Below, one piece after another: positions 61,868 through 64,000 of a stretch of DNA of 64,000 bases (its first letter is position 1; every line of letters starts with the position of its first letter). The notes under the pieces were generated by a model. The model saw only the letters and a program-made list of their open reading frames with translations. It was not told where the DNA came from and did not search any database. Where the stretch lies: positions 275,590,001-275,654,000 of the forward strand of contig OZ024742.1 in NCBI GenBank assembly GCA_964016885.1. The letters run 5' to 3'. Source of the stretch: Eledone cirrhosa. Lineage: Eukaryota. Both the position numbers and the translations under genes were made by a program.

Positions 61868-63174
61868 TAATGGACATGGTTATACGGAACAGGAAGGACA
61901 ACCGTACGAACGGGCATGCGCAGTAACCGTCACTTCACACAGGCAATACTAAAAAGCGTGCGAGAGGTGTAAGGAAGATAGATAACTGTGAAAGTCCGAA
62001 AAGTTTCTAGTTGATAAGAAAATTAGGATGTGTGATTCAATCCGGAGTTATGTAAGAGGTGTTTCGAGACGTGTGGACAACGTGTGAAGAATTCATTTCT
62101 CGTGTTTAGGCAATCACTATTGCATAATCTCTTTAGAATATTTATTCGTTCATCAATACATAGACCACACGACGAGTTTCCCCTTGCGTATGGCTTGGAC
62201 TTAGTGATGGCTTTCCATTGAATGGAGTAGTCTATACTTGAGTCCTTGAGGGATCATACGTGGCTCGCGAGTTTCGTGGATGAACGTCTGTCCGGGTACC
62301 TAAAGGTCGACTGGTGGTTCAGAAAGCGTTCCTTAAATCGGCCCTCTGCCATACCCACATAGGATTTGACCTCCTGTGGTTGATTTGGTCGGTTGGAAGT
62401 GACCACAGCTTCATAAATTACAGCGGGTGCGTTGCATTGCTGTTGAAGGGGACAAGCTTCGGGATTACGGCAAGAGCACCCTGGTGGGGTGTTGCTCTTA
62501 GGGCTGTTGGTGATGTGGGCCTTCATGTTCTTAGCGCAGGGGTATCCTAGTTTTACTTTGTGTCGGTTAAAGATGGAGCGGTATTTATGACCTATGGGAA
62601 AGTGTCTATCTAAGAGAGCTAGAAATGTTTGCCTACATTAGTTTTAACGTTGAGTGAGAAGGGAGGAGAGAACCAGATAGTTTGTCTATTGTTACGCTTT
62701 CTTTTCTTATTGCTGTTGTTGATAGTGTGAGAGTAAGTGATAGGTTGCGAGAAGCCGCTGTTAGCTAACGCCGTGTTATAGTAGGGTGCCGCCCTGTCAA
62801 AGATAGCCTTATTAGAGGAGAGGTTTGAGATTCTAGTACTGATATTATTTACGAAGTTTCTAAAAACAGTGGACTATGTATTGATGAACGAATAAATATT
62901 CTAAAGAGATTATGCAATAGTGATTGCCTAAACACGAGAAATGAATTCTTCACATATTGTCCACACGTCTCAAAACACCTGTTACATAACTACAAAGCTC
63001 CGGATTGAATCAGAACATCCTAATTTTCTTATCAACTAGAAACTTTTCGGACTTTCGCAGTTATCTCCCTTACACCTCTCGCACGCTTTTTAGTATCGTC
63101 TGTGTGAAGTAACGGTTTCTGCGCATGCGCGTTCGTACGGTTGTCCTTCCTGTTCCGTATAACCATGTCCATTA

Positions 63175-63212
63175 CGAGCTGAGGATCCGCTAAGGTGAAA
63201 CAATTGTTCTCG
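63175..63212 (+). ncRNA. Minimal type I hammerhead in inverted pLTR
   Basis: CGAG CTGAGGA TCCGCTAAGGT GAAA CAATTG TT CTCG; stem II weak. Confidence 0.68.
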
Positions 63213-63289
63213 GTATGGTGAACTAACTGTTGTGTAACCACTTCTAGCTAACTCGTCCTATGGACGGATATTACCTTCCAGTGTTCTAC

Positions 63290-63347
<58 letters not shown>

Positions 63348-63484
63348 TTAGGTTAGTAGGAGTTAGGTATTATATACCCGTGTCCCGACTTATCGTCCCC
63401 TACTTTTGCTCTTTACTCTCTCTACCCTTTGTTCTTGGGTGTTTGGTTGGTAGAGTCCATAACACCAATCAAACCCCTTTTATA

Positions 63485-63531
63485 GCTCTGATGAATCCTA
63501 CGGTTACACGTAAGGAAGAAACATTGTTAGC
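63485..63531 (+). ncRNA. Type I hammerhead in a ~230-bp solo pLTR-like fragment between TA tracts
   Basis: GCT CTGATGA A TCCTACG-GTTACA-CGTAAGGA A GAAA CATTG TT AGC. Confidence 0.72.
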
Positions 63532-63576
63532 CAATAAAACTCTTTTGATGTTGTAGACGCTCTTGTGTTCTTTTTC

Positions 63577-63696
<120 letters not shown>

Positions 63697-64000
63697 ATGT
63701 AAAAGGTAAACAGAAATAACAACACAATCGGTACAGAATATGGAAGGTATATATTAGGTTAACGCTAGCTAATTTTCAGACTCCAATATATCCTATATTC
63801 CAAAGGATGGCTGTGGTAGTGATGAATATCCTGTTATGGCTTTTATAATTTTATCCGTGGTGTGCTCGCTTATATATACTCAGAACACACGTTGTTATAT
63901 ATATACACATGTATATTATCACAATAACAATATATGAGTATAATAATGTTCTATTCAATTACGTTATTCTTCAAATGCATCTGTACTTCGTACAATTCCT

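Larger units (their letters stand above)
61797..63292 (-). mobile_element. Naiad-type PLE 3' fragment with inverted pLTR (62867-63246)
   Basis: IWFSPPFS, CSCRNPEACPLQQQC, VIY..YVGMAE, and beyond an in-frame stop CGLC..LNTRNE..CPH; the inverted copy matches 61797-62170. Confidence 0.88.

Noticed and set aside
62254-62256. In-frame TGA in a Naiad ORF as possible selenocysteine (reported for some Naiads)
   Set aside because: It falls in SHV*SLK, where Trp is expected (TGG to TGA), not at a Cys position; simple nonsense mutation.

Overview
This is AT-rich animal genomic DNA made almost entirely of transposable elements set in (TA)n/(CA)n microsatellites. The SINEs resemble abundant octopus families, so a cephalopod origin is inferred. 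Contents: an R4/Dong-type RLE LINE fragment, a frameshifted autonomous Helitron with a head-to-tail array of non-autonomous derivatives, a Tx1/L1 LINE, RTE-like fragments and tRNA-derived SINEs. There are also six coding Penelope-like elements (PLEs): one with an intact RT/GIY-YIG ORF, four Naiad-type, and most with inverted pseudo-LTRs. Reading both strands by eye found about 20 type I hammerhead ribozyme (HHR) motifs, many in short non-coding partial-tandem units resembling retrozymes or non-autonomous PLEs. One such unit starts at its predicted self-cleavage site, one pair has full stem III, and several show core variants (U3-A8, U4C). A lone ZFAND2-like exon and an RFX X-box lie inside a 4 kb segment bounded by Helitron termini, suggesting gene capture. 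No complete host gene is visible. All structures were folded by eye and no database search was run.
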